Part shown: positions 18,766-28,114 of the stretch, one piece after another
How positions within the stretch are numbered: position 1 is the first letter of the stretch
Layout: every line of letters begins with the position of its first letter
Virus record (IMG/VR): IMGVR_UViG_3300042522_000315
Location: 1-64,000 of that record
Origin: a virus
Direction: 5' to 3' (one strand)
DNA: 64,000 nucleotides
Program-made: the position numbers and the translations under genes
Notes under the pieces: generated by a model
Databases searched by the model: none
Told to the model about the DNA's origin: nothing
Seen by the model: the letters and a program-made list of their open reading frames with translations, nothing else

Positions 18766-19647
18766 ATGTTATCATTTTTAGAATATATGCTAATAGCCGA
18801 AGCTGGAGAAAATCTACATCCAGGTCAAAGATGGCATGAACAGCACCCAGTAGATTTTATGAACATCGTCAATCACTATGATCAAGCATCAAAGGCTGAA
18901 TTGCATAATGGTAAAAATTGGTACAAAAATGCACAAGAGTATACAGCATCGGTATCTAAGACAACAGGAGTTCCTCATCACACTGTTGCTGGCTTAACAT
19001 CTGTCTATTCTCCTCAGAGAGACTGGCACAATAATATGATTGATGCTTCTAGAGTTGCAAGACGCAAGACAGCCCTCGGTGGTAAGAAGCAGAAGCCATA
19101 CTACAAGTACGGAAGAACTTTTGCTGGTGATCTACAAAGACAAGCGGCAGAACGTTTGTTGAGTGGTGAGCATTACAACAAAGTTATCAAAGGACAGAAA
19201 ACCCTAGCCTTCGCTCATCTAATCGATCATGGAGGAGATAAAGACCCAAGCGATCCTCAAGTTGTTATCGATAGACACGCACACTCAGTTGCATCAGGTG
19301 CAAGAATTACTGACGCAGCTTTTGGTGCAGCAGGACTGAAGACAAAGAAGAAGTACAACAGAGTGAAGCAAGCTTATATTCAAGCTGCCGATCATGTTAA
19401 TCAGAGAAACGGTGCGAAGCTTGGTGATGCTAACTACTTACATCCGCATCAACTACAAGCAGTAACATGGTTAGTGCGTCAACGTCTCAACAATGATGAA
19501 GATGTTAAACTAGGTAAAAAAGATCCAAAAGATATCGTGAAGGCAGCAAAGTCTCGTGATAAAGCCAAACAGAAGTGGAAATCATACTCTGGTACTTGGC
19601 ATCCTGGTGCATCTCATCTATTTGTTAAAGAAGATAATGACGAATGA
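18766..19647 (+). CDS. HhH-glycosylase-like (DUF7178-like) protein with capsid-targeting-like leader
   Basis: Leader MLSFLEYMLIAE; NWY..A, SVYSPQRDW, GQKTLAF, VVIDRHA, HQLQAVTW. Confidence 0.5.
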   Translation: MLSFLEYMLIAEAGENLHPGQRWHEQHPVDFMNIVNHYDQASKAELHNGKNWYKNAQEYTASVSKTTGVPHHTVAGLTSVYSPQRDWHNNMIDASRVARRKTALGGKKQKPYYKYGRTFAGDLQRQAAERLLSGEHYNKVIKGQKTLAFAHLIDHGGDKDPSDPQVVIDRHAHSVASGARITDAAFGAAGLKTKKKYNRVKQAYIQAADHVNQRNGAKLGDANYLHPHQLQAVTWLVRQRLNNDEDVKLGKKDPKDIVKAAKSRDKAKQKWKSYSGTWHPGASHLFVKEDNDE

Positions 19648-20162
19648 CAAAAGATAACATAGTAATGAGAACGCCAGAAAACACAAGTTTTCTGCAACCA
19701 ACAAAGTATACGTTTGTCATACCTAACTTATCTTTTGCAAGATACTTCTGTCAGACTGTTACCATGCCGAGCGTTTCAGTTTCTGCTATAACTCAATTGA
19801 ATCCATTCTCAGACATCTATCGTCACGGATTGAAACTAGACTATGATCAGTTAACAATGTCATTTCTTGTTGATGAAGACTTGAGAGTATGGGAAGAAAC
19901 ATATAACTGGCTTCGCAGCGTTGCTATACCTACCAAGTTTGAAGAGTATGCTAAACACTACAATCCAGATAATCCTTTATACTATGATGGTATTCTCACT
20001 ATCAATACAAATGCTAATATACCAAATGTTCGTTTCAAGTTTCGTAACTGCCATCCAGTATCTCTAAGTGGTGTTACTTTTAGTACATCTGAAACGGCAG
20101 ATAATGTCATCACATCTGAACTAGGTATTCGATACGATTACTTTGAAATCGAAAGAATATGA
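19644..20162 (+). CDS. gp3: tail tube terminator / tail completion protein gp3
   Basis: SFLQPTKY, YFCQTVTMP, FLVDEDL..W.E.YNW, F.NCHPVSLS. Confidence 0.85.
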   Translation: MTKDNIVMRTPENTSFLQPTKYTFVIPNLSFARYFCQTVTMPSVSVSAITQLNPFSDIYRHGLKLDYDQLTMSFLVDEDLRVWEETYNWLRSVAIPTKFEEYAKHYNPDNPLYYDGILTINTNANIPNVRFKFRNCHPVSLSGVTFSTSETADNVITSELGIRYDYFEIERI

Positions 20163-20191
20163 TTGACATAAACTGAGTTCTATCTTAGAAT
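20163..20191 (+). promoter_or_regulatory. sigma70-type promoter for uvsY
   Basis: TTGACA-17 bp-TAGAAT. Confidence 0.75.
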
Positions 20192-20217
20192 TTGGTTTAT
20201 TTAATTGGAGTTATATT

Positions 20218-20667
20218 ATGAAGCCCCCAGTGAACATTGATGTCTTGATGGATGAATGGTCAAAAGATAGTTCTATTGATCTGACTGAACCTAGCAAAGA
20301 ACTGCAAAAAATTCCTTCTCTTCATTCAAAGTATCTTCGCATTATGACACACCATAATCTTGTTGTGAAAAAGATGATGTCTGAGTATCAGGAATTGAGA
20401 AGAGTGAAGTTTAGTTACTATTCTGGTGATCTAAATAATCCAGAAGACCTTCAAAAGTATGGTTATGAGCCTATGACGAAAAAGATATTGAGAGCAGATA
20501 TATCCGTATATCTAGATTCAGATAAAGAGCTGAACAACATACTACTGAAAAAGTCTCTTCATGAAGAGATTACAGATTTCTGCAAATCGGTACTCAAAGA
20601 ACTGAACAACAGAACTTTTCAAGTTCGATCAATCATTGACTGGGAGAAGTATGTCGGAGGAAATTGA
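20218..20667 (+). CDS. uvsY: recombination mediator UvsY
   Basis: W.KDS.ID, IPSLHSKYL, YYSG, RTFQVRSIIDW. Confidence 0.9.
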   Translation: MKPPVNIDVLMDEWSKDSSIDLTEPSKELQKIPSLHSKYLRIMTHHNLVVKKMMSEYQELRRVKFSYYSGDLNNPEDLQKYGYEPMTKKILRADISVYLDSDKELNNILLKKSLHEEITDFCKSVLKELNNRTFQVRSIIDWEKYVGGN

Positions 20668-21200
20668 TGAAACATATACACCACATCATACCGAAACATA
20701 TGGGAGGTACTGATGAAAAAAACAACCTAATTGAAGTGACAATAGAAGAACACGCCGAACTTCACAGGCAACTATGGAAAGAATTTGCTCATTGGGAAGA
20801 TGAACTTGCTTGGAAAGGATTATCTAAAATGATATCCAAACAAGAAATCATATCAAAAGTTATCAGTGAGACACATAAAGGAAAGAAAGTGTCTGAAGAC
20901 ACTAGAAAAAAGATGAGTGAAGCTTCACCTTGGAAAGGTAAGAAGAGATCAAAAGATACGATACAAAAGATGAGCGAAGCCCGCAAAGGTAAAAAACTGT
21001 CGGCTGATCACGTAGAGAAGATGAAAGAAATTTTTTCGGGTGAAGGTAATCCAATGTATGGTAGAACACATAGCGAAGATTCCAGAAGAAAGATAAGTAT
21101 GGCTAGACAGAGAACTAAAGGTAAGAAGAGAGGTCCTTACAAGGGTAAAAAGAATTACTCCGACAGCCATATGAAAGTTTTGAAACGTAATGGACAGTAA
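20667..21200 (+). mobile_element. free-standing HNH homing endonuclease with NUMOD3-like repeats
   Basis: HIHHIIPKHMGGTD..NL..VT.EEHAELH; repeats KGKKVSEDTRKKMSEA, KGKKRSKDTIQKMSEA and NPMYGRTHSEDSRRKIS. Confidence 0.85.
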
Positions 21201-22665
21201 AATTATTATTCATAACAAGGACGAAGCTTTCGTTCGTGTTGAATGTACAGAAGGAGTATCCTACGAACTGAGAGAACATTTCACTTTCATGGTTCCAGGA
21301 TATCAATTCACACCACAATATAGAGCAAAGTTGTGGGACGGTAAAATCAGGTTGTTTGATACAAGACAGAGACAAGTATATCGTGGACTTGTTCCTGAGA
21401 TTGCAAAGTTTTGTGAAGAACGTGGTTATGATTGGAACTATGAAAATGAAGACTATGATGAAGAGTTTTCGTTAACAGAAGCAAAAGAGTTTGTAGAACA
21501 GTTAAGGCCGAAACATGCTCCAAGAGATTACCAGTTGGATGCATTCGTTCACGCAATTCGTACAAGGAGAGCTTTACTACTTAGCCCCACTGCAAGTGGT
21601 AAGTCTCTTATTATCTATCTTCTGGCTCGTTTTTTGGAACATAAAGGACTGAAACGAGGTTTGATTATCGTACCAACTGTTTCTCTCGTAGAACAGTTGA
21701 CAAGCGATTTCAAAGACTACAGTGAGACGAATGGCTGGAACGTAAGTGACAACATACATAAAATCTATCAGGGTCAAGAAAAGTCTAGCGACAAGTTTCT
21801 GACTATTTCAACTTGGCAGTCTATCTATCAGATGCCGAAGAAGTACTTTGCTGACTTTGATTTTGTGATCGGTGATGAAGCGCATCTGTTCAAAGCTAAA
21901 TCTCTTATAGATATTATGACAGGATTGACAAATGCAAAGTATAGAATTGGAACTACAGGTACCCTTGATGGAACAAAGACTCACAAGCTTGTACTTGAAG
22001 GGTTATTTGGAACCGTTCGCAAAGTCATCACAACGAAAGAACTTATGGATGCAAAGCACTTGGCTGAGTTCCAAATCAAGTGTCTTCTTCTTAGACATAA
22101 TGAGTCAATCTGCCAAGCAGCAAAGAACTTTACATACCAACAGGAGATTGAGTACCTTGTCCTTAACGATGCCAGAAACCGGTTCATCTCTAATCTTGCC
22201 GTCTCACTTGAAGGAAACACGCTCGTTCTCTTCCAGTACGTTGACAAACACGGTCGTATTCTACACAAACTCATTTCAGACAGAGTGGGAGTGGACAGAA
22301 AGGTATTTTTCGTAAGTGGAGAAACAGATGTGGATATACGCGAAGGGATTCGTAAGATCGTTGAATCGGAAACGCAGGCTATTATTGTTGCTAGTTTTGG
22401 TACTTTTAGTACTGGCATCAATATTAGAAATCTTCACAACATTATATTTGCTAGTCCATCTAAGTCACGCATAAGAAACTTGCAATCTATTGGTCGAGGT
22501 CTACGTAAGAGTGACACAAAAGATGCAGCAACTCTGTTTGATATCGCAGATGATATGAGACATAAAAAACATGAGAACTATACATTAAAGCATTTTGCCG
22601 AAAGGATCAAATTATATGGCGAAGAAAAGTTCAAGTTCAAAGTCTACAAAATCGAACTCAAGTGA
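21190..22665 (+). CDS. uvsW: SF2 DNA helicase UvsW
   Basis: WDGKIRLF, SPTASGKS, DEAH, QSIGRGLR. Confidence 0.96.
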   Translation: MDSKIIIHNKDEAFVRVECTEGVSYELREHFTFMVPGYQFTPQYRAKLWDGKIRLFDTRQRQVYRGLVPEIAKFCEERGYDWNYENEDYDEEFSLTEAKEFVEQLRPKHAPRDYQLDAFVHAIRTRRALLLSPTASGKSLIIYLLARFLEHKGLKRGLIIVPTVSLVEQLTSDFKDYSETNGWNVSDNIHKIYQGQEKSSDKFLTISTWQSIYQMPKKYFADFDFVIGDEAHLFKAKSLIDIMTGLTNAKYRIGTTGTLDGTKTHKLVLEGLFGTVRKVITTKELMDAKHLAEFQIKCLLLRHNESICQAAKNFTYQQEIEYLVLNDARNRFISNLAVSLEGNTLVLFQYVDKHGRILHKLISDRVGVDRKVFFVSGETDVDIREGIRKIVESETQAIIVASFGTFSTGINIRNLHNIIFASPSKSRIRNLQSIGRGLRKSDTKDAATLFDIADDMRHKKHENYTLKHFAERIKLYGEEKFKFKVYKIELK

Positions 22666-23077
22666 TGTGCTTTTTTTTCGCTTAAAAAGCGGTGAAGACA
22701 TCATATCGGAAGTAAAAGAGACTGAGTTTGGTTATGTACTAAGCAATCCTTGCAAAATCATGTACCTATCTTCAGGCAAACCTGGATATCTGTCAATCTC
22801 ATTGATGCAGTGGGTATTCTCTCGCATATGCGCTCAACAGAAGTTTGAGATTCCAAAATCAGAAGTGCTTTTCATATCACCACCTAGTGAAATGCTTTCT
22901 GGTCACTATGAAGATTCCATTATACACTTCTTTAGTAAAGAAGACAAACAAAAGCTTGAATTTGATAGTATTATGACAGATGATGATTTTGGTTATGAAG
23001 ATGATGGTAATGCAATGGATATGCTGAAAGAATTCTTAGAACAACTAAACAAGACCGATAAAGGGAAATTACACTGA
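22616..23077 (+). CDS. conserved T4-like hypothetical protein (Sm-like fold)
   Basis: FRLKSGEDIISEV motif; position after uvsW. Confidence 0.55.
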   Translation: MAKKSSSSKSTKSNSSDVLFFRLKSGEDIISEVKETEFGYVLSNPCKIMYLSSGKPGYLSISLMQWVFSRICAQQKFEIPKSEVLFISPPSEMLSGHYEDSIIHFFSKEDKQKLEFDSIMTDDDFGYEDDGNAMDMLKEFLEQLNKTDKGKLH

Positions 23078-23355
23078 TGTCTAACAAGAACTCATATCTT
23101 GAACTTGCTGATAGTGATGATTTTGGTTTTACATTCTCTCATGAAGATGAACTCATTGAGAATAATCACAACTATTCTTCTCTTCAAGCTGAAGTAGATG
23201 ATCTTAAGAAGAGATTGACTGCTTTGAATAAAATCTTCTTACCTCTGTTAGAGAACTTAGCTAAGGATCCAGATAAGCCAATGATCAAGTGGCCTAACAG
23301 GAAAGAGATGATTGATAAGCAGATTCAGAAGTTAAAGACATTAACCAAGGTATAA
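23077..23355 (+). CDS. hypothetical protein
   Basis: DDFGFT and PLLENLAKDPDKPMIKWPNR; translationally coupled ORF. Confidence 0.6.
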   Translation: MSNKNSYLELADSDDFGFTFSHEDELIENNHNYSSLQAEVDDLKKRLTALNKIFLPLLENLAKDPDKPMIKWPNRKEMIDKQIQKLKTLTKV

Positions 23356-23387
23356 TTAAAGTTATTCATATCATGGATGGCATAGCC

Positions 23388-23416
23388 ATTATGAGTGCAT
23401 GTCAAGAGATTGTCAA
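23388..23416 (-). promoter_or_regulatory. antisense sigma70-type promoter
   Basis: Minus strand reads TTGACA-17 bp-CATAAT, with a second TTGACA nested in the spacer. Confidence 0.6.
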
Positions 23417-23429
23417 TAAGAAAGTGATC

Positions 23430-23942
23430 ATGATGAAAAAGAATAGTGAGAGTGTAGTGTATGTTGATATGGATGGTGTCTTGGCAGACCTGTTCAATCA
23501 CGTAGCTGTGATACATGATGTAGAACACTACAATGAGATGACAGAAGAAGATTGGGAATCATTCTTCAAGAGTACAGATGCGTATCATCTCTTCAAAGAT
23601 TTGCCTGCTTTTCCTAATGCAAACAAGCTATTGGAAATGGTTAAGTCTATGGCAGGTGGCTATAAGATATTATCTAGTCCACTGAACTATGATTTAAACG
23701 GTAGCATTGAAGGAAAGAAAGAATGGCTTTCAAAGTTCATATCTGTTCCTGCTGATGAGATTATCTTTGAAAGAGAGAAGCACAAGTATGCTGTGACTAA
23801 CGGCACACCGAACATTTTGATCGATGACTTTCGAAAAAACATCACATCATGGAACAATGCAGGTGGAATTGGTATAAAGTATCAAGCAGATGAGAATAGC
23901 CTAGAAGAATTGAAAGTCAGTCTAGAGAGAGTATTAGAATGA
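23430..23942 (+). CDS. 5'(3')-deoxyribonucleotidase (HAD, NT5C-like)
   Basis: VDMDGVLAD, ILSSP, GKKEW, ILIDD. Confidence 0.85.
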   Translation: MMKKNSESVVYVDMDGVLADLFNHVAVIHDVEHYNEMTEEDWESFFKSTDAYHLFKDLPAFPNANKLLEMVKSMAGGYKILSSPLNYDLNGSIEGKKEWLSKFISVPADEIIFEREKHKYAVTNGTPNILIDDFRKNITSWNNAGGIGIKYQADENSLEELKVSLERVLE

Positions 23943-24520
23943 AAAATGAAAAGAAGCCGCACTATGTTGATAACAAGAAGTTCTATGAAGAAATTGTGAA
24001 GCATAAAGAAAGAGTAAAGATTGCAAAAGAAAATGGTCTTGAAGAGCCACGACTTCCTAATTACATAGGCGAGTGCATTTACAAGATTTCAAACAAGCTT
24101 TCCAATAAGCCATGTTTCATCAACTATTCTTTTAGAGAAGAGATGGTATCTGATGGTATTGAGAACTGTATTCTTTACTTCAATGACTACAATCCTGATC
24201 TTGGAAAGAATCCTTTCGCATACTTCACACAGGTGATATACTACGCTTTCCTAAGACGCATCAACAAGGAAGAAAAGAACAGATACATCATCTACAAGAA
24301 CTTTCAGGAAACAATCATCAATAATGGACATGCAGCGTTGTTAACTGATAGTGACAACAATCATTTGCTTTCGGCTCCCATATACGATAATATTAACGAG
24401 TTTATGGAAAGATATGAAAGAAAAGAAGAAATCAAGAAAGAGAAAAGAAAGACTGCAAAAGAAGGTCTAACAAAGTTTTACGAGGAAGAAGATGAACAAC
24501 GAAGTGCCATTTCAAATTGA
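23939..24520 (+). CDS. gp55: late sigma factor gp55
   Basis: HYVDNKKF, YIGECI, FINYSFREEMVSDGIENC, NPFAYFTQ..YYAFLRRI. Confidence 0.96.
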   Translation: MKNEKKPHYVDNKKFYEEIVKHKERVKIAKENGLEEPRLPNYIGECIYKISNKLSNKPCFINYSFREEMVSDGIENCILYFNDYNPDLGKNPFAYFTQVIYYAFLRRINKEEKNRYIIYKNFQETIINNGHAALLTDSDNNHLLSAPIYDNINEFMERYERKEEIKKEKRKTAKEGLTKFYEEEDEQRSAISN

Positions 24521-24677
24521 GCATTTGATTAACAATCTCTTGAATCAAAAAGAGAGTGTGCATATCAGACAAAACTATCGCCAGAGACTAGAAACAATCA
24601 GAGATGTAATTGAGAAGTCTGTAAGAAAGTTTGATAATGAACTCTACATGTCCAATACTAGGAAAAAGAGAGCGTGA
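24492..24677 (+). CDS. hypothetical protein
   Basis: 61-aa ORF overlapping the gp55 end. Confidence 0.55.
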   Translation: MNNEVPFQIEHLINNLLNQKESVHIRQNYRQRLETIRDVIEKSVRKFDNELYMSNTRKKRA

Positions 24678-24796
24678 AAAGATCAAATAATACCTATTGC
24701 CCAGGGTGCAAAAGATATTTGAACGAGATAAAGAAAGATGGATGCGGTTCACAGCGTTGTCCAGACTTAACACAAGGACCATCTAAGGATGACTAA
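24674..24796 (+). CDS. small Cys-rich hypothetical protein (not in the supplied ORF track)
   Basis: GTG start overlaps the previous stop; VKRSNNTYCPGCKRYLNEIKKDGCGSQRCPDLTQGPSKDD fills the gap to gp47. Confidence 0.45.
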   Translation: MKRSNNTYCPGCKRYLNEIKKDGCGSQRCPDLTQGPSKDD

Positions 24797-25868
24797 AGTT
24801 CTGATCATTACTGATACTCACTGGGGAGTTAGAAATGACTCTCCAGTTTTTCTTGATTACTTTAAGAGGTGCGTAGATGAATTTCTCATTCCATTTATCA
24901 AGGCGAATGGCATTAAGCATATCATTCATCTTGGCGATCTCGTTGACCGCAGGAAGTATATTAACGTTCTTACACATTCTAGGCTGAGAACAGACTTTCT
25001 TGAACCGTTGAATGAACTATGTGAAGTACACATCATTGCAGGTAATCATGATGAGTACTTCAAGGACACATATAAAGTCAATGCTCTTGAAGAGTTTGTA
25101 GGTAAGAGATATGAAAACATACACATCTATTCGACAGCAACTCATCTGATGATTGATTCATGTTCTTTTCTTTTGCTTCCTTGGATCAACAGTGCAAACG
25201 AGAAAGAATCACTTGATGCTATTGAGTTAACCACTGCCAGTATTTGCTGCGCTCATTTAGAATTGAATGGATTTGAAATGCAGAAGGGAATGATATCAGA
25301 GCATGGATACAATCACAAAATTTTTAGCCGTTTTCATAGTGTCTTTACTGGTCATTACCATCATCGTAGCTTTCGGGACAATATTCACTATCTGGGTGCT
25401 TTTTCTGAGCATATTTGGTCTGACTATAACGATCCTCGCGGCTTCACAATCCTTGATACAGACACACTGGAAAAAGATTTTATTCGTAATCCTTTCCGTA
25501 TTTTCCATATGGTGGCTTACGATGATGTAAAGAATCCTGATATCATAGAGACAATCAATGCTACAGACTACAGCAAATATAAAGATTGCTATGTGAAGAT
25601 CGTCGTTGTGAGTAAGACAAATCCATATGCATTTGATATGCTAGTTGATAAACTATATAAAGAACAAGTTGCTGACATTACGATTGTTGAAGATGTCAGC
25701 AACTTCATAGATACAAAAGAAGATGAGAAGATTGATGAAGCTCAAGATACACTTACCATTCTTGATGGTTATATTTCTGGATTGACATTACCTGTTGAAG
25801 CAGATAAGATGAAACATTATATGCGTGAAATCTATTCCGAAGCATTATCGTTGGAGACTATTGAATGA
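24789..25868 (+). CDS. gp47: recombination endonuclease subunit gp47 (Mre11/SbcD-like)
   Basis: TDTHWG, HLGDLVDRRK, GNHD, GHYH. Confidence 0.95.
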   Translation: MTKVLIITDTHWGVRNDSPVFLDYFKRCVDEFLIPFIKANGIKHIIHLGDLVDRRKYINVLTHSRLRTDFLEPLNELCEVHIIAGNHDEYFKDTYKVNALEEFVGKRYENIHIYSTATHLMIDSCSFLLLPWINSANEKESLDAIELTTASICCAHLELNGFEMQKGMISEHGYNHKIFSRFHSVFTGHYHHRSFRDNIHYLGAFSEHIWSDYNDPRGFTILDTDTLEKDFIRNPFRIFHMVAYDDVKNPDIIETINATDYSKYKDCYVKIVVVSKTNPYAFDMLVDKLYKEQVADITIVEDVSNFIDTKEDEKIDEAQDTLTILDGYISGLTLPVEADKMKHYMREIYSEALSLETIE

Positions 25869-26230
25869 AGTATAATATTGGTGATAAGTTCTGGCAGGTT
25901 AGAAAAATTTTCAGTGCTTTAGATCGTAATAAAATAAAGATGACTGATGCTGATGGTGTTGAATGGTATCGTTATGATAAGCAAAACGTTGAATTTGAAC
26001 TCACACAAGCTGAAATTGTAGGTAAATACAATGCTATTGTCGAAGGTCACAATATGTGGTATGAAGATGAGTATTGTGATAGATATGCTATGAAGATCAG
26101 CGATCATTATGATGAAGTGTGGGAAGATGAACTTGATGGTGAACATCGTGGTCACTATGTTGCATACTTTCAAACAAAAGAAGATGCTGAAGAATATATC
26201 AAGCAGCAGCATGAGTATCATAATAGATGA
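25865..26230 (+). CDS. hypothetical protein
   Basis: 121-aa coupled ORF between gp47 and gp46. Confidence 0.55.
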   Translation: MKYNIGDKFWQVRKIFSALDRNKIKMTDADGVEWYRYDKQNVEFELTQAEIVGKYNAIVEGHNMWYEDEYCDRYAMKISDHYDEVWEDELDGEHRGHYVAYFQTKEDAEEYIKQQHEYHNR

Positions 26231-26415
26231 GCCGTAAAAAGAAAACAAATAAGAAAAAGCTCAAATCATTTGATAAGATGTCATTTGAGAAACGCGAACG
26301 GTTGCGATCTAACCTTAAGAAAGAGCGAGTAAATACAAGAAGCTTTCGTACTCCTCAGTCTTTTGGTCCTGCCAGTGATTGTATTTTAATAAAGTCAAAA
26401 GATGATAACATTTGA
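26227..26415 (+). CDS. small basic hypothetical protein
   Basis: 62-aa coupled ORF. Confidence 0.45.
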   Translation: MSRKKKTNKKKLKSFDKMSFEKRERLRSNLKKERVNTRSFRTPQSFGPASDCILIKSKDDNI

Positions 26416-28114
26416 AGTGATTCGATGGAAGAATTTTCTGTCTACTGGAAACATGTGGACAGAGATTTATCTCAATACACATAAGACAAACTTAATCGTA
26501 GGCGCGAACGGGCATGGCAAATCAACCATTCTCGACGCGCTTACTTTTGTTTTGTTTGGTAAGCCGTTTCGTAAGATCAATAAGCCTTTGTTAGTCAATA
26601 GCGTAAACGGTAAAGATTGTCTTGTTGAGATAACATTCAAGGCTTACGGTAAAGACTATAAGATCGTGCGTGGTATCAAACCGAATATCTTTGAGATTTG
26701 GGTTGATGGTTCTTTACTTAATCAGGATTCAGCATCTAAAGATTATCAAGAATACTTAGAAAAGTTCATTCTCAAGATGAACATGAAGTCTTTCTGTCAG
26801 ATTGTCATTCTTGGTTCTGCATCATTTACTCCGTTTATGCAGCTAACTCCTGCTGACCGTAGAACAATCATTGAAGACCTGCTAGACATTCAAATCTTCT
26901 CAGTGATGAACTTGCTTGTGAAACAGCGGTTTCAAGAAAACAAAGAAAGTGTTGAAAAGAACCGTATGATCCTGAAGTCTGCACAAGACAAGAAAGATTA
27001 TGTTGAGAAGACGCTGAACACTCTTCGTCAAAACAATGATGACAAGCTTACAAAACTTGAAAAGCAGCTTGCAGATTTCACACAACAAAAAGAAGACTTG
27101 CTTGCTAAGGTAAAAATTCTTTTGAATGAAAAAGATGCTCTGGTTTCAGATGCTGATAACCTTACAGATGTGCGTAATGAGTATGCAAACTCTATTATAT
27201 CTCTCACAAACCAAGAATCAAAAGTTCAAAGATATGGTAAAGAGATTGAGTTTCTTACAGAGCATGATGAATGTCCAACATGCAAACAGCATATTGATGT
27301 ATACTTCAGAGAAAGAAGAAAGAATGAGCTACACAACGATGTTTCAGAAACGCAAAAATATATTGATCTAATGAAAAGAAGCATTGATGATCTTCTCATG
27401 AAGATTAACAATCTTGAAAATAAATCTAAAAGAACTCATTCTATCTCCGCTGAAATCAAATCCAGTAAGCAGACCATGATGCATATCGTATCTATGATGA
27501 ATGACATTGAAGATAACATGAGCAAGATTAGAAATTCTGATAAGCTTGTGATTGATAGTGAGACTGATCTAAAGAGTGCAATCGAAGAAATTCGCAGAAT
27601 GGAAGGATCTGTTCAGCATCGCTTGAATGAAAGAACAATGATTGAGACTGCAATTGCACTGCTGAAAGATGGTGGTGTAAAAACAAAGATCATCAAGCAG
27701 TATGTTCCTATCATCAACAAGCATGTAAACAAGTATTTGGACAAGATGGGTTTCTTTGTCAAATTCAACATTGATGAAAACTTCAATGAAGTCATCAAGT
27801 CCAGATATCGTGATGAGTTTGCATACTCAAGTTTTTCTGAAGGTGAAAAGACACGTATTGATCTGGCGCTCATGTTTACATGGAGAGCAATCGCCAAGAT
27901 GAAGAACAGCATCAATACAAATCTGCTGATACTAGATGAAATTCTAGACGGAAGTCTTGATGCAAATGGTACTGATGAATTCCTCAATATCATTAAAACT
28001 TTGACAGATGATACTAACATCTATATAATTTCACACAAACAGGATCAACTGTTAGATAAGTTCGATAAAGTCTATCGTTTTGAAAAGCACAAAAATTTTA
28101 GCAGGTTAGCATGA
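26402..28114 (+). CDS. gp46: recombination ATPase subunit gp46 (Rad50/SbcC-like)
   Basis: GANGHGKST, CPTC zinc hook, FSEGEK signature, LILDE. Confidence 0.96.
   Translation: MITFEVIRWKNFLSTGNMWTEIYLNTHKTNLIVGANGHGKSTILDALTFVLFGKPFRKINKPLLVNSVNGKDCLVEITFKAYGKDYKIVRGIKPNIFEIWVDGSLLNQDSASKDYQEYLEKFILKMNMKSFCQIVILGSASFTPFMQLTPADRRTIIEDLLDIQIFSVMNLLVKQRFQENKESVEKNRMILKSAQDKKDYVEKTLNTLRQNNDDKLTKLEKQLADFTQQKEDLLAKVKILLNEKDALVSDADNLTDVRNEYANSIISLTNQESKVQRYGKEIEFLTEHDECPTCKQHIDVYFRERRKNELHNDVSETQKYIDLMKRSIDDLLMKINNLENKSKRTHSISAEIKSSKQTMMHIVSMMNDIEDNMSKIRNSDKLVIDSETDLKSAIEEIRRMEGSVQHRLNERTMIETAIALLKDGGVKTKIIKQYVPIINKHVNKYLDKMGFFVKFNIDENFNEVIKSRYRDEFAYSSFSEGEKTRIDLALMFTWRAIAKMKNSINTNLLILDEILDGSLDANGTDEFLNIIKTLTDDTNIYIISHKQDQLLDKFDKVYRFEKHKNFSRLA

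Noticed and set aside
22671-22678. T8 tract as a possible frameshift or phase-variation site
   Set aside because: The ORF reads through in frame (LFFR) into a conserved motif, and no alternative-frame product is evident.
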